Shown in pieces: positions 1-8,374 of a stretch of DNA of 30,478 bases (position 1 is the first letter of the stretch; the number at the start of each line of letters is the position of its first letter). The position numbers and the translations under genes are program-made. The notes under the pieces were generated by a model. The model was not told the DNA's origin. It made no database searches and worked only from the letters and a program-made list of their open reading frames with translations. Source of the stretch: Acetobacteraceae bacterium (GTDB lineage Bacteria > Pseudomonadota > Alphaproteobacteria > Acetobacterales > Acetobacteraceae); assembly GCA_050730115.1 (NCBI GenBank), contig JBOHMK010000164.1, forward strand, positions 1 through 30,478. Reading direction: 5' to 3'.

Positions 1-459
1 GATCATACCCATGCAGTTCGGACCGATGATGCGCATGCCGCTTTCCGAGGCAATGCGCACCAGCGATGCCTGCCGCTGCTCGCCATCGTCGCCCGCTTCG
101 GCGAACCCGGTGGCAATGATGACCGAACAGCCGACACCGGCCGCAGCGGCCTCTTCCACGGATCGGACCAGGTGCTCGATCGGCACCGCGAGGATCGCTA
201 TGTCCGGTGACGCCGGCACGGCGGTGATACGCTCGAACGCGCGCCTTCCGGCAATTTCCTTGCGGTGCAGGTTGATCGGATAGATCTCGCCCGCAAATCC
301 GTGCCGGACAAGGAAATGCATGATCCGGCCTCCGAACTTGTCGAGGCTGTCGGACGCGCCCAGCACCGCGACCGAACGCGGATGCAGGATCCGCCCGATA
401 TCGATCCTGGGCGGCGCCTTGCCGGCCGCCAGCTCGGTGGTGTGCAGAATGCGTTCCAT
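1..459 (-). CDS. CoA-binding acyl-CoA synthetase (NDP-forming, acetate-CoA ligase family), N-terminal part; runs off the window
   Basis: Not in the ORF track. Manual translation from ATG 459: MERILHTT...ILHPRSVAVLGASDSLDKFGGRIMHFL...YPINL...DIAILAVP...IIATGFAEAG...GMRIIGPNCMGMI, which has the CoA-binding domain motifs. GAGGACGGGGG precedes the ATG. Confidence 0.9.
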   Translation of the reverse strand, partial: MERILHTTELAAGKAPPRIDIGRILHPRSVAVLGASDSLDKFGGRIMHFLVRHGFAGEIYPINLHRKEIAGRRAFERITAVPASPDIAILAVPIEHLVRSVEEAAAAGVGCSVIIATGFAEAGDDGEQRQASLVRIASESGMRIIGPNCMGMI

Positions 460-469
460 TCCCCCGTCC

Positions 470-1198
470 TCACATTGCGTCGTGGGATGCGACACTCGCC
501 TGCATCGCCTGCACCGTATCGGGCTTGAGTGTGGTATCGGCGTAGCCGCGCGCCAGCCGCGCCTCAATCCATTGCTGCACGAACCCCCACAGCGTGGTGA
601 GCACCAGGTAATAGATTGCGGCGACGGTGAAGATCTCCAGAACACGAAACTGCACCTGGATGAGCAACTCGGTCCGCCGCAGCAGCTCATCCATCGAAAT
701 CACGGAAGCAAGCGAGGAAGTCTTCATCAATCCGTTGAACGAGTTGCCGAGTGGGGGGATCACAATGCGCAGCGCCTGCGGCAAGACGACCCGCCGCATG
801 GCTTGCCAGGGCGACAGGCCGAGCGCCTTGGCCGCTTCGACCTGGCCCTTTGGCACCGCCATGAGCCCGGCGCGGAAGGTCTCGGCGAGGTAGGCACCTT
901 CGTTGACGCCAAGCCCGATGATTGCCGACGAAAGCACGTCGAGCTTGATACCGAACTGTGGCAACCCGGTATAGATGATGATGAGCTGTACCAGCACCGG
1001 CGTGCCGCGCATGATCCAGATGTAGCCCTTGGCGGGCCGGCTCAGCAGTTGATTGCTGGAGTTGCGCATCAAGGCTGCGACCAGCCCGCAGGCCAGGCCG
1101 AGCACCATCGAGGCGACCGACAGGCCGAGCGTGATTCCGGCACCCTTGATCAGATAGACGCTATGCAGATAGTGGAGAAACGCAGCCCAGTCCCACAT
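470..1198 (-). CDS. Polar amino acid ABC transporter permease (HisM/GlnP-like)
   Basis: RGTPVLVQL, AYLAETFRAG and EAA loop GQVEAAKALGLS; hydrophobic helices; GGGAGG RBS upstream. Confidence 0.95.
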   Translation of the reverse strand: MWDWAAFLHYLHSVYLIKGAGITLGLSVASMVLGLACGLVAALMRNSSNQLLSRPAKGYIWIMRGTPVLVQLIIIYTGLPQFGIKLDVLSSAIIGLGVNEGAYLAETFRAGLMAVPKGQVEAAKALGLSPWQAMRRVVLPQALRIVIPPLGNSFNGLMKTSSLASVISMDELLRRTELLIQVQFRVLEIFTVAAIYYLVLTTLWGFVQQWIEARLARGYADTTLKPDTVQAMQASVASHDAM

Positions 1199-1245
1199 GG
1201 CACACCTCCCGGCCCTCCCCGCTCATGGCACTGTGCGGCCGCCGT

Positions 1246-1407
1246 TCAGGGTACTGTGCGGCTGCACGTGGGCGCAGGGTTCGGCCCGGTCGTCACCTTG
1301 TACGGGGCAGGCAGCAGGCAGTGGCCGTATGGCGAGAAGTCGTGTGCAGGTTGTGGGAAAACCAAAGTCGGTCCCACGTTGCGCACTTCCCGACGCTCCC
1401 CGCTCAT
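1246..1407 (-). pseudogene. Remnant of a paralogous ABC binding protein 3' end, readable as a 53-aa mini-ORF
   Basis: Encodes ...PYGHCLLPAPYKVTTGPNPAPTCSRTVP*, matching the binding protein C-terminus PYGHCLLPPPYKVTTGPIPAPDCRQQLQ* with the stop in the same register. ATG 1407 overlaps the binding protein stop (ATGA). Confidence 0.75.
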
Positions 1408-2264
1408 TGCAGTTGCTGGCGGCAGTCGGGCGCCGGGATCGGTCCGGTCGTCACCTTGTACGGGGGTGGCAGCAGGCAATGGCCGTAGGGCTCAAAGATC
1501 TTCTGCAGGCTGCCATCGGTGTGCATCTCGTTCAGCACCTTCGCCACTGCGTCGGCGACTCCGGGTTGCTTGAACGCCAGCGCCTCGGCGTGCGGATCGA
1601 AGCCGGTGAGCGCGATGCGAAACTGGTTGGTCTTTTTCTGGTACCAATAGGCCTGCTCCGTGTTGATGAACCCTCCGTCCACCTGACCCGCCGACAATGC
1701 CTGCAGCACGGCGGCGTAGTTGGCGAAGGTATGCAGGTTGATCGGCCGTTTGCCGGCTTTCTGCAGCGCCGCACTTGCCTTCACGACATCCTCGGCATCC
1801 ACCGTGCCGAGTTCGGCGCCGAATGACTTCCCGGAGAAGTAGTCCAGCCCATCAATCTTGTCGGTATTGCCCCTCTGCACGACGATCGCAAGCGTGCTGG
1901 CGCCATACGGGATCATCATGACCTGTGCCGCCCGCTGCGGGGAGTACCACATGAAGGTGTCGATCATGTCGATGCGCCCTTCTTTCAAGAGCGGGATCAT
2001 GGTCGCGAACATCGTGCTCTGGAACTGCATTTTGAGGCATAGCTGCTTGGCAATGGCGTTGCCAAGATCGACGTCCAGTCCGACGATGTTACCGTTGTCG
2101 TCAATGTACTGGATCGGCGGCACGGTCGGATTGATCGCCGCCAGCAGCCAGCCTTTACGCGCCAGTGGCGGGTGATCGAGCTTCGGCGTGCAGGTCTGTG
2201 CAAGAGCCGGCCCGATGCCGGTGCACAGGAATGCTGCTAACAGCAGGGTTGCGAACCTGGTCAT
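1404..2264 (-). CDS. ABC transporter substrate-binding protein, family 3 (polar amino acid type)
   Basis: Signal peptide MTRFATLLLAAFLCTGIGPALA; GLDVDLGNAIAKQL, FATMIPLLKEGRIDM, MHTDGSLQKI; GGAAGGGAGG RBS upstream of ATG 2264. Confidence 0.93.
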   Translation of the reverse strand: MTRFATLLLAAFLCTGIGPALAQTCTPKLDHPPLARKGWLLAAINPTVPPIQYIDDNGNIVGLDVDLGNAIAKQLCLKMQFQSTMFATMIPLLKEGRIDMIDTFMWYSPQRAAQVMMIPYGASTLAIVVQRGNTDKIDGLDYFSGKSFGAELGTVDAEDVVKASAALQKAGKRPINLHTFANYAAVLQALSAGQVDGGFINTEQAYWYQKKTNQFRIALTGFDPHAEALAFKQPGVADAVAKVLNEMHTDGSLQKIFEPYGHCLLPPPYKVTTGPIPAPDCRQQLQ

Positions 2265-2316
2265 TGAAGTCCTCCCTTCCTGCCGTCGTGCACCACGCAC
2301 GACCGGCCTTTTGCCC

Positions 2317-3276
2317 TCACAAGTCGAGCACGATACGATTGCCCTCCGCCCGTGAGACGCAGATCATCATGGAGCCGTTGGCCCGCCGCTCTGCCGCCGA
2401 CAGTACCTGATCACGATGCGCAACGAGGCCCGAAAGGACGCGCGTCTCACAGGTGCCGCAGACACCTTCCTCGCACGAGCTCGGTACATCGATGCCGGCC
2501 GCGCGCACGACCTGCAGCACCGAGAGATGCTCCGGCACTGCGAGCACCAAGCCGCTCCGCGCAAGCTCAACTTCGAACGCGACGTTCCGTACTTCGGCGT
2601 CGGTCGGGTTGGAAAACCACTCGAAATGCACGTGACCATCGGGCCAATGGGCGGTCGCGTCTGCCACCGCCTGCATCAATCCCTGCGGGCCGCAGCAATA
2701 GACGTGCGTGCCGGGCCTGACCCGGCCAAGTGCCGTCGCCGCATCGAAGATCGGGGTCGGGCTGAGGTACGGCGTTACGGCGTCGGGGCTGAGCGCGGTA
2801 AGCGCGGGGAGAAACGCTGCGTGCGCCGCCGAGCGCGCGCAGTAGTGCATTTCCCACGGGTGGCCCGAGTATTGCAGCTGTTGTGCCATGGCAAGGAGTG
2901 GTGTGATGCCGATGCCGCCGGCGATCAGAATACTGAACGCGGAATCGCCGGCGAGCGGGAAGTTGTTGCGCGGCCCGGCGATCGTGAGAGAGCTGCCGGG
3001 CTCGACAGCCTGATGCATGCTGGCGGAGCCGCCGCGGCCAGCGGCTTCGCGCTTGACGGCGATCACATAGTGTGACGCGTCGCGCGGATCGCCGCACAGC
3101 GAGTAGTGCCTGATGAGGCCGGCCGGGACCTCTACGATTAGATGCGCGCCGGCAGGCGCCGCCGCGAGGGGCCGGCCATCGGCTGCGACCAGGTCGAATG
3201 TGCGAACGTCTTCGGCCGCCTGGCGAACGGCGCTGACGCTGACGCGCCTCGACTCGGCAATGGAGAAAGCATTCAT
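2317..3276 (-). CDS. PDR/VanB-family flavin/[2Fe-2S] reductase, likely partner of the Rieske oxygenase
   Basis: RHYSL, AGGIGITP, YCCGP, CEEGVCGTC...C. ATG 3276 overlaps the GntR stop (ATGA). Confidence 0.95.
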   Translation of the reverse strand: MNAFSIAESRRVSVSAVRQAAEDVRTFDLVAADGRPLAAAPAGAHLIVEVPAGLIRHYSLCGDPRDASHYVIAVKREAAGRGGSASMHQAVEPGSSLTIAGPRNNFPLAGDSAFSILIAGGIGITPLLAMAQQLQYSGHPWEMHYCARSAAHAAFLPALTALSPDAVTPYLSPTPIFDAATALGRVRPGTHVYCCGPQGLMQAVADATAHWPDGHVHFEWFSNPTDAEVRNVAFEVELARSGLVLAVPEHLSVLQVVRAAGIDVPSSCEEGVCGTCETRVLSGLVAHRDQVLSAAERRANGSMMICVSRAEGNRIVLDL

Positions 3277-3980
3277 TCGACGACGCGGGCCTGGATTGGT
3301 GCCCGGCGGGAAGCCCGGCGAGAAGCAGCATGGTCGACCATGCGGCAAAATGCCGCACTGTTTTCGATGTGGACCCGCATCCGTTCCGCGGCCGTTTCTG
3401 GATCCCGCTGAATGAGGGCCTGGATGATCGGTTTCAGCTCGCCGAAGCCTTCCCTCACTCGCTCGGATGAGACCGCACAGGCGCGACGAACCCACTGCAC
3501 CTTGTCGCGGAGATCAAGCAGGATCCCGGCAATCATTTGGTTGTCGGTGCTGCGGTAAAGCGCGAGATGCAATCTGGTGTCGACCTCGATGAATGCCTCG
3601 CCGTCGCCCGAGGCGGCCAAGGGACCGAGGGTGGCGAATGCGGAGCGAAGCTTTGCGAGCTCGGCTTCGTTCATTCGGACCGCGCCGATGCGGGCACAAT
3701 GCGTCTCCAGCATCACTCTGAGGATGGTCATGTCGCCGATTTCGTGGTCGGTCAGAGCGCGGACGAAACTGCCGCTCTGCGGCGAGACCTCGATCCAGCC
3801 CTCGCTCCTGAGGCGTGCCAATGCGCTCCGGATCGGCGACCGGCCCAATCCGAGCTCGGCAGCCAGCCTTGCCTCCGACAGCTTTTCGCCGGGCTGGTAC
3901 TCGAGGTTGACGATCCGCTCTTTGATCTGGCGGTAGGCGGTCGCCGCGCCCATCTCCGGGCGCTCCCACCCGACGATCAT
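3273..3980 (-). CDS. GntR-family (FCD domain) transcriptional regulator
   Basis: HTH segment PGEKLSEARLAAELGLGRSPIRSALARLRSEG and FCD tail RDPETAAERMRVHI. Start could also be 3953. Confidence 0.93.
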   Translation of the reverse strand: MIVGWERPEMGAATAYRQIKERIVNLEYQPGEKLSEARLAAELGLGRSPIRSALARLRSEGWIEVSPQSGSFVRALTDHEIGDMTILRVMLETHCARIGAVRMNEAELAKLRSAFATLGPLAASGDGEAFIEVDTRLHLALYRSTDNQMIAGILLDLRDKVQWVRRACAVSSERVREGFGELKPIIQALIQRDPETAAERMRVHIENSAAFCRMVDHAASRRASRRAPIQARVVE

Positions 3981-4040
3981 GCTGTCGCGTCCGTGCGCTC
4001 GGCGAGTAGCGCGATCTCGCTCGTCATCCCCGCGTGCCGC

Positions 4041-5036
4041 CTAATATTCCCTGCGCACATCGACCACGCCTTTCAGCTCTCCGCCGGCAAAGAACCGGCG
4101 CAGGTTGTCGAAGAACAGGTCGAGGGTGCGCGGCACATACTCGTCGATGTCGTCCGACAACACGTGGGGAGTGATGATGAGGTTCGGCGTATCCCAGAAC
4201 GGCCAATCGTCCGGGGGTGGCTCGGGGAGGGTGACATCGATGACTGCGCCGCCAAGCTGGCCGCTACGCAGCGCCGCATCGAGCGCCACGGGATCCACCA
4301 GCCCGCCGCGTGACATGTTGATGAAGCCAGCCCCGCGCCGCATCCGCGAGAATTCCGGTGCGCCGAAGATGCCCCGGGTCTCGCTGGTCAGCGCCAGATT
4401 GGCGAGCACGAAATCGGCACGTGGCAGCAGCCGGTGCAATGCCTCGGGGCCGTGCATTTCGTCGACCGCGGGGTGCGCGCCGCCGTGACGGCGGATGCCG
4501 AGCACCTTCATGCCGAACGCCTTCGCATGCTCTGCCACGCCGCCGCCGATGGCGCCGACGCCTGCGATCAGCAACGTCTTGCCGGCAATGGTGCCGGTGA
4601 AGATCCGGTTCCATTCGTGCCGGTGCCGGCTGTCCATGAGCTGCGGCAGTCTCGCGTTCAGCATCAACAGCGCCATCAGTCCGGACTGCGATGCTTTCGG
4701 CACGTGCGCACCGCTGTTGGTCAGCATGCTCGTGCCGTCTGGCAGCCAGTCGAGTGGCAGGAGATAGTCGACGCCTGCACCGAGAATCTGCAACAGCTTG
4801 AGGCGAGGTGCGTCGTCGCGCAGCCGCGCCCTGGGAAAGCGGTAGGTGATGATGGCGTCCGCGGTCGGCGCGTTGTTCCCCCAGTTCTCTTCGTCGTAGC
4901 CGAAGCTGGTACGGATCCGCCGGGCAATATCGGGATGGCGGGCGAGCGCCGGCCGGTATTGATCCTCGCGCACGATGAACACCGGCATCAATGTGCGCGA
5001 GTTTTCGACATGCACGTGGAAATCGGCGTCAGCCAT
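4041..5036 (-). CDS. D-2-hydroxyacid dehydrogenase family protein
   Basis: GAGVD, GVGAIG (NAD binding), NMSRG, DVTLPEP, ITPHV. ATG 5036 overlaps the Rieske gene stop by 8 bp. Confidence 0.92.
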   Translation of the reverse strand: MADADFHVHVENSRTLMPVFIVREDQYRPALARHPDIARRIRTSFGYDEENWGNNAPTADAIITYRFPRARLRDDAPRLKLLQILGAGVDYLLPLDWLPDGTSMLTNSGAHVPKASQSGLMALLMLNARLPQLMDSRHRHEWNRIFTGTIAGKTLLIAGVGAIGGGVAEHAKAFGMKVLGIRRHGGAHPAVDEMHGPEALHRLLPRADFVLANLALTSETRGIFGAPEFSRMRRGAGFINMSRGGLVDPVALDAALRSGQLGGAVIDVTLPEPPPDDWPFWDTPNLIITPHVLSDDIDEYVPRTLDLFFDNLRRFFAGGELKGVVDVRREY

Positions 5037-6237
5037 TGCCCGCGTCCGCCGGAACCGCCGCCGCATGCCCTTCCCGCGCGGCGCGGGATTGCGCCTCGTC
5101 CGGACCGACGACGCGATCGAGGACATAATTGGCGATGCGGTGAACGACGTGCTCTTCGAGCGAGAACCGTCCCGGGAGGTAGGCCCCGCTTTGCATCGCG
5201 CGATGCACGAGCGGATTGATCCCCAGATCTTCGCGAATGATCTCGGAGTACTTATGGTAGTAGGCTGGCCCGACGGTATTCGCGAAATCCTGCTGCGCTA
5301 CCGTGCTCTTCGGGAATGTCCAGTTCTCGTGCAGGCGCAGCTTGTGCGGCCCTCTCGGCAAGTACTGCCGGTATTTCATGTAGGAGGAGGTCAGGATGAT
5401 CTGAACGCTGGGCTTGATCCAGACATGATAGAGCCCGGCCGCGTGCGCCGGATCGAGACCCGGGATCTCCGGCAGCCCGGAATAAGCGACCACACTGCGG
5501 CGGCTGAACATTGCCTCCCACGGGCCGCGGCCCGATGTATCCTCGAACTGCCAGTTCTGCGGCTTGGCCGGGTCATAGTGCTTTCGGTGTACGGTCGCCA
5601 CGTGGTAGTTTTCGAACGCATTTTCCAGCCAGAGCTTCCAGTTGCAATCGACATCGTAGATGTCGCGATGGGTCTGCTGGGCGTCCTCCAGCCGGTAGGG
5701 GGCAAGGAAGCGGGGCAACTCGCCAAGCCACGCCATGAGTGGCGGCGCACCGGCGTCGAAGGTGACGAATATGAAGCCGGCCCAGGTCTCCGCGCGCACC
5801 GGGCTCAACCCATAATCGTGGTTGCGGAAATTCTCCACCCCGGCCAGCGGATGCGGCGAGCCCGGAATGCCGACGAGGTGCCCATCCAGTGCGTAGGTCC
5901 AGCTATGATACGGGCAGATGAAACTGCGGCACTTTCCCTCGCCTTCGGTAATGATGCAGCCGCGATGCCGGCAGACGGCCGAGTGGACCCGCACGGAACC
6001 GGCGGTATCGCGCACGACGATCAACGGCCGGCCGGTCAGCTCGATCGTGAAATAACAGCCCGGGTCGGGAATTTGCTCGACCCGGCCGACACAAAGCCAG
6101 TCACGATGAAAGATCGTATCCAGTTCGCGCTGGTACCAGGCCTCATCGGTGTAGCACCAGCCCGGAAGCGGGCTCGCCTGTGCCAGCGGCCGGCGCTGCG
6201 CCCGGTAGCAATCCTGCCGGAAAATTCCCTCATGCAT
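5029..6237 (-). CDS. Rieske non-heme iron oxygenase alpha subunit (choline monooxygenase/CntA/GbcA-like group)
   Basis: Rieske motif CRHRG...CPYHSW; mononuclear Fe motif ENYHVATVH and C-terminal ED. No beta subunit gene nearby. Start 6237 is an estimate. Confidence 0.93.
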   Translation of the reverse strand: MHEGIFRQDCYRAQRRPLAQASPLPGWCYTDEAWYQRELDTIFHRDWLCVGRVEQIPDPGCYFTIELTGRPLIVVRDTAGSVRVHSAVCRHRGCIITEGEGKCRSFICPYHSWTYALDGHLVGIPGSPHPLAGVENFRNHDYGLSPVRAETWAGFIFVTFDAGAPPLMAWLGELPRFLAPYRLEDAQQTHRDIYDVDCNWKLWLENAFENYHVATVHRKHYDPAKPQNWQFEDTSGRGPWEAMFSRRSVVAYSGLPEIPGLDPAHAAGLYHVWIKPSVQIILTSSYMKYRQYLPRGPHKLRLHENWTFPKSTVAQQDFANTVGPAYYHKYSEIIREDLGINPLVHRAMQSGAYLPGRFSLEEHVVHRIANYVLDRVVGPDEAQSRAAREGHAAAVPADAGNG

Positions 6238-6266
6238 GGGAGACGGCCTCTTCGGAGCGGAGCAGG

Positions 6267-6288
6267 ACTGACATACTAGTCTGATAGT
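6267..6288. promoter_or_regulatory. Candidate operator palindrome upstream of the Rieske operon
   Basis: AT-rich imperfect inverted repeat ACTGACATACT|AGTCTGATAGT (8 of 11 pairs match), 30 bp upstream of the Rieske start. A GntR gene lies in the same operon. Confidence 0.5.
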
Positions 6289-6322
6289 TGCGCCCCGGCC
6301 GCCGGCGGTCAAGCCCGTTCGA

Positions 6323-7234
6323 TCAGCCGAGCCCGAAGAATCGCCGGGCGTTGGCGTACAGCCACTTGTCCAGAACCGCGGGTTTCAAGGGCAGAGCGGC
6401 ATACTCCTCGATCAGTTCCCCGATCGAGAGGCCGAACGCCTCGGAGGACAGCCCGACCATGATCTGGTCCTGCAGCAAGCTGTTCCCGAACTGGAGAAAC
6501 TGCTCCCAACCGGAGCCGGCGACCCCGAAATAACGCGGCCGGTGGGACGCGGTATCGCAATAGAGGTTGGGATGCCGCCGCAAGAGAGCGACCATCTCGT
6601 TGACCCAGGGCCAGCCGCTCAATCCGGCAATGATGCGGAGTTCGGGAAAGTCCACGGCAACCTGATCGATATGACGCGGATGCCCGAGGTCATACGGTCG
6701 GTCGTTGGCGTAGTTCATATTGCAGTAAATGCGCACGGGGATCTCGAGCTCGACGCATTTGGCATAGAGCGGGTAGTAGCGCCGGTCACTCGCGGGGATC
6801 ATGTTGAACAAGGCGGAGACGCGCAGTCCGCCGAATCCGTGCTCGCGTACCAGGCGCTCGAGTTCGCGCACCCCCCGCATTCCATCGTGCGGGCTGACCG
6901 ATGCCATGCCGATGAAACGGTCCGGGTAGCTTGCGAGGACACCGGCGATGACGTGGTTCGGCGCACGCAAGACACCGCGTTCCACTCCCGCCCGATCCAT
7001 GATTGCGACGAAGCTCGCCAGCGGCATGCCCGATTTGTCCGCACCTTGGTTGGTTTCGTTCGATCCGCTGCGCCGCGTGAATATGCGCTGGTAGTTGGCG
7101 AAGCCGTGGCCCGGCAGCGGTGCCAGGCGTTCCGGATCTCCGAAGCCTGGCGGCCGCGTCGCGGTCGTGAATTTTCGCGGATTGCCGTCTTCATCGTTCG
7201 GCAGGTCGCATTCGAGATCGATCACCTTACGCAT
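6323..7234 (-). CDS. Amidohydrolase_2-fold protein with non-canonical active-site residues
   Basis: Family hallmarks MDRAGV, YPDRFIG, YYPLYAKCVELEIPV, VAVDFPELRII, GWPW, HPNLYCD, NARRFFGL. The His/Asp metal ligands are substituted. Confidence 0.88.
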   Translation of the reverse strand: MRKVIDLECDLPNDEDGNPRKFTTATRPPGFGDPERLAPLPGHGFANYQRIFTRRSGSNETNQGADKSGMPLASFVAIMDRAGVERGVLRAPNHVIAGVLASYPDRFIGMASVSPHDGMRGVRELERLVREHGFGGLRVSALFNMIPASDRRYYPLYAKCVELEIPVRIYCNMNYANDRPYDLGHPRHIDQVAVDFPELRIIAGLSGWPWVNEMVALLRRHPNLYCDTASHRPRYFGVAGSGWEQFLQFGNSLLQDQIMVGLSSEAFGLSIGELIEEYAALPLKPAVLDKWLYANARRFFGLG

Positions 7235-7372
7235 GACGATGTTCCATCCTCAGATCGCACTCTGCCATCAGAACCCGCGCTGGCCCAGCCACGCCAGAGG
7301 GATCAGCCGAGCTCAGCCCGCGCCTGGTCTCACGGTCGGATTGACCGGGCTCTCGAGTGCTCGCTTCCGCAC

Positions 7373-8374
7373 TCACTGTTCGTTGCGCTCGGGCACGAGC
7401 CTGGGATCGCGTACCTCGGCATCGTGGGTCGATTCTTCCTCGACCTCTTGTTCGATTGCGGCCAGCAGACGGGCAGGGAAATGGCGCGGCAGGCCAACGC
7501 CTATGAACACCAGGCGCGTGCGCCGATCCTCGCCGGGCCAGCCGGGAAGCCACTCAGGCGGCTCGAACATGTGCTGCACGCCGTGGATCAGGGCCGGCCG
7601 GCCTGGCATCTCGGCGACATCGACGAGCCCCTTGGTCCTGAGCAGCCGCGGCCCGCAGTGCTCGGCCAGCGCCTGCAGGAGGAGGATCAAGGCGAGCGCC
7701 GGAACCGGGCGCTCGCGGAGGAGCACCGTGCTCGTGATCCCTTCGCTGTGCACCGCCGCCGGCGCCGGGGCGGGGCGCTGTTCCTGGTGGCGCGGCGGCA
7801 CGAACAGCGCTTCGGGGGCAATTTGTCCACGGACCGCCGCGAGCCGTTCGGCATCCGGATTGAGTTCGGCAAGCGCCGCTTCGAGTCCGGCGATCTCGGG
7901 CATAAGGTCGGTCTTGGTGATCAAGACGCGGTCCGCGAAGGCGACCTGCCGGCGTGCCTCCGGATGCCGGGCGAGCGTTGCCTCGCCCATGCGTGCATCG
8001 GCCAGTGTCAGCGTTCCCAGCAACGAATGGCCGGAGCGGATCGCCGGATCGCTCATCAGCGCATGCAGGATCGGCGCCGGGTCGGCAAGGCCCGACGTTT
8101 CTATCAGAACGCGGTCGTATCGTCCCTGACCCGCTCTCGAAAGTCCGGCGAAGGTGCGGCCGAGATCGCCCGAGACGCGGCAGCAGAGGCAGCCGGTGGC
8201 AAGCTCGATCAGGCTCTCATCCGCCGAGGCGACCAGATCGTGGTCGAGCCCGACCTCACCCCATTCATTGACGATCACCGCCGAGCGCGCGAACGCCGGA
8301 TCGGCAAGGATGCGCCGGATCAGCGTCGTCTTGCCGCTGCCGAGGAAGCCGGTGACGAGCAGCACCGGGATCAC
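7373..8374 (-). CDS. COG0523/CobW-family metallochaperone GTPase
   Basis: GFLGSGKTT, NEWGE, GCLCC, IETSGLADP, TKTD, LLRTKG, LVFIG. GTG start overlaps the upstream stop (GTGA). Confidence 0.95.
   Translation of the reverse strand: MIPVLLVTGFLGSGKTTLIRRILADPAFARSAVIVNEWGEVGLDHDLVASADESLIELATGCLCCRVSGDLGRTFAGLSRAGQGRYDRVLIETSGLADPAPILHALMSDPAIRSGHSLLGTLTLADARMGEATLARHPEARRQVAFADRVLITKTDLMPEIAGLEAALAELNPDAERLAAVRGQIAPEALFVPPRHQEQRPAPAPAAVHSEGITSTVLLRERPVPALALILLLQALAEHCGPRLLRTKGLVDVAEMPGRPALIHGVQHMFEPPEWLPGWPGEDRRTRLVFIGVGLPRHFPARLLAAIEQEVEEESTHDAEVRDPRLVPERNEQ

Noticed and set aside
1246..1512. Diversity-generating retroelement TR/VR pair at the 3' end of the binding protein gene
   Set aside because: Mismatches are not adenine-specific, most single changes are synonymous, and no reverse transcriptase is in the window.
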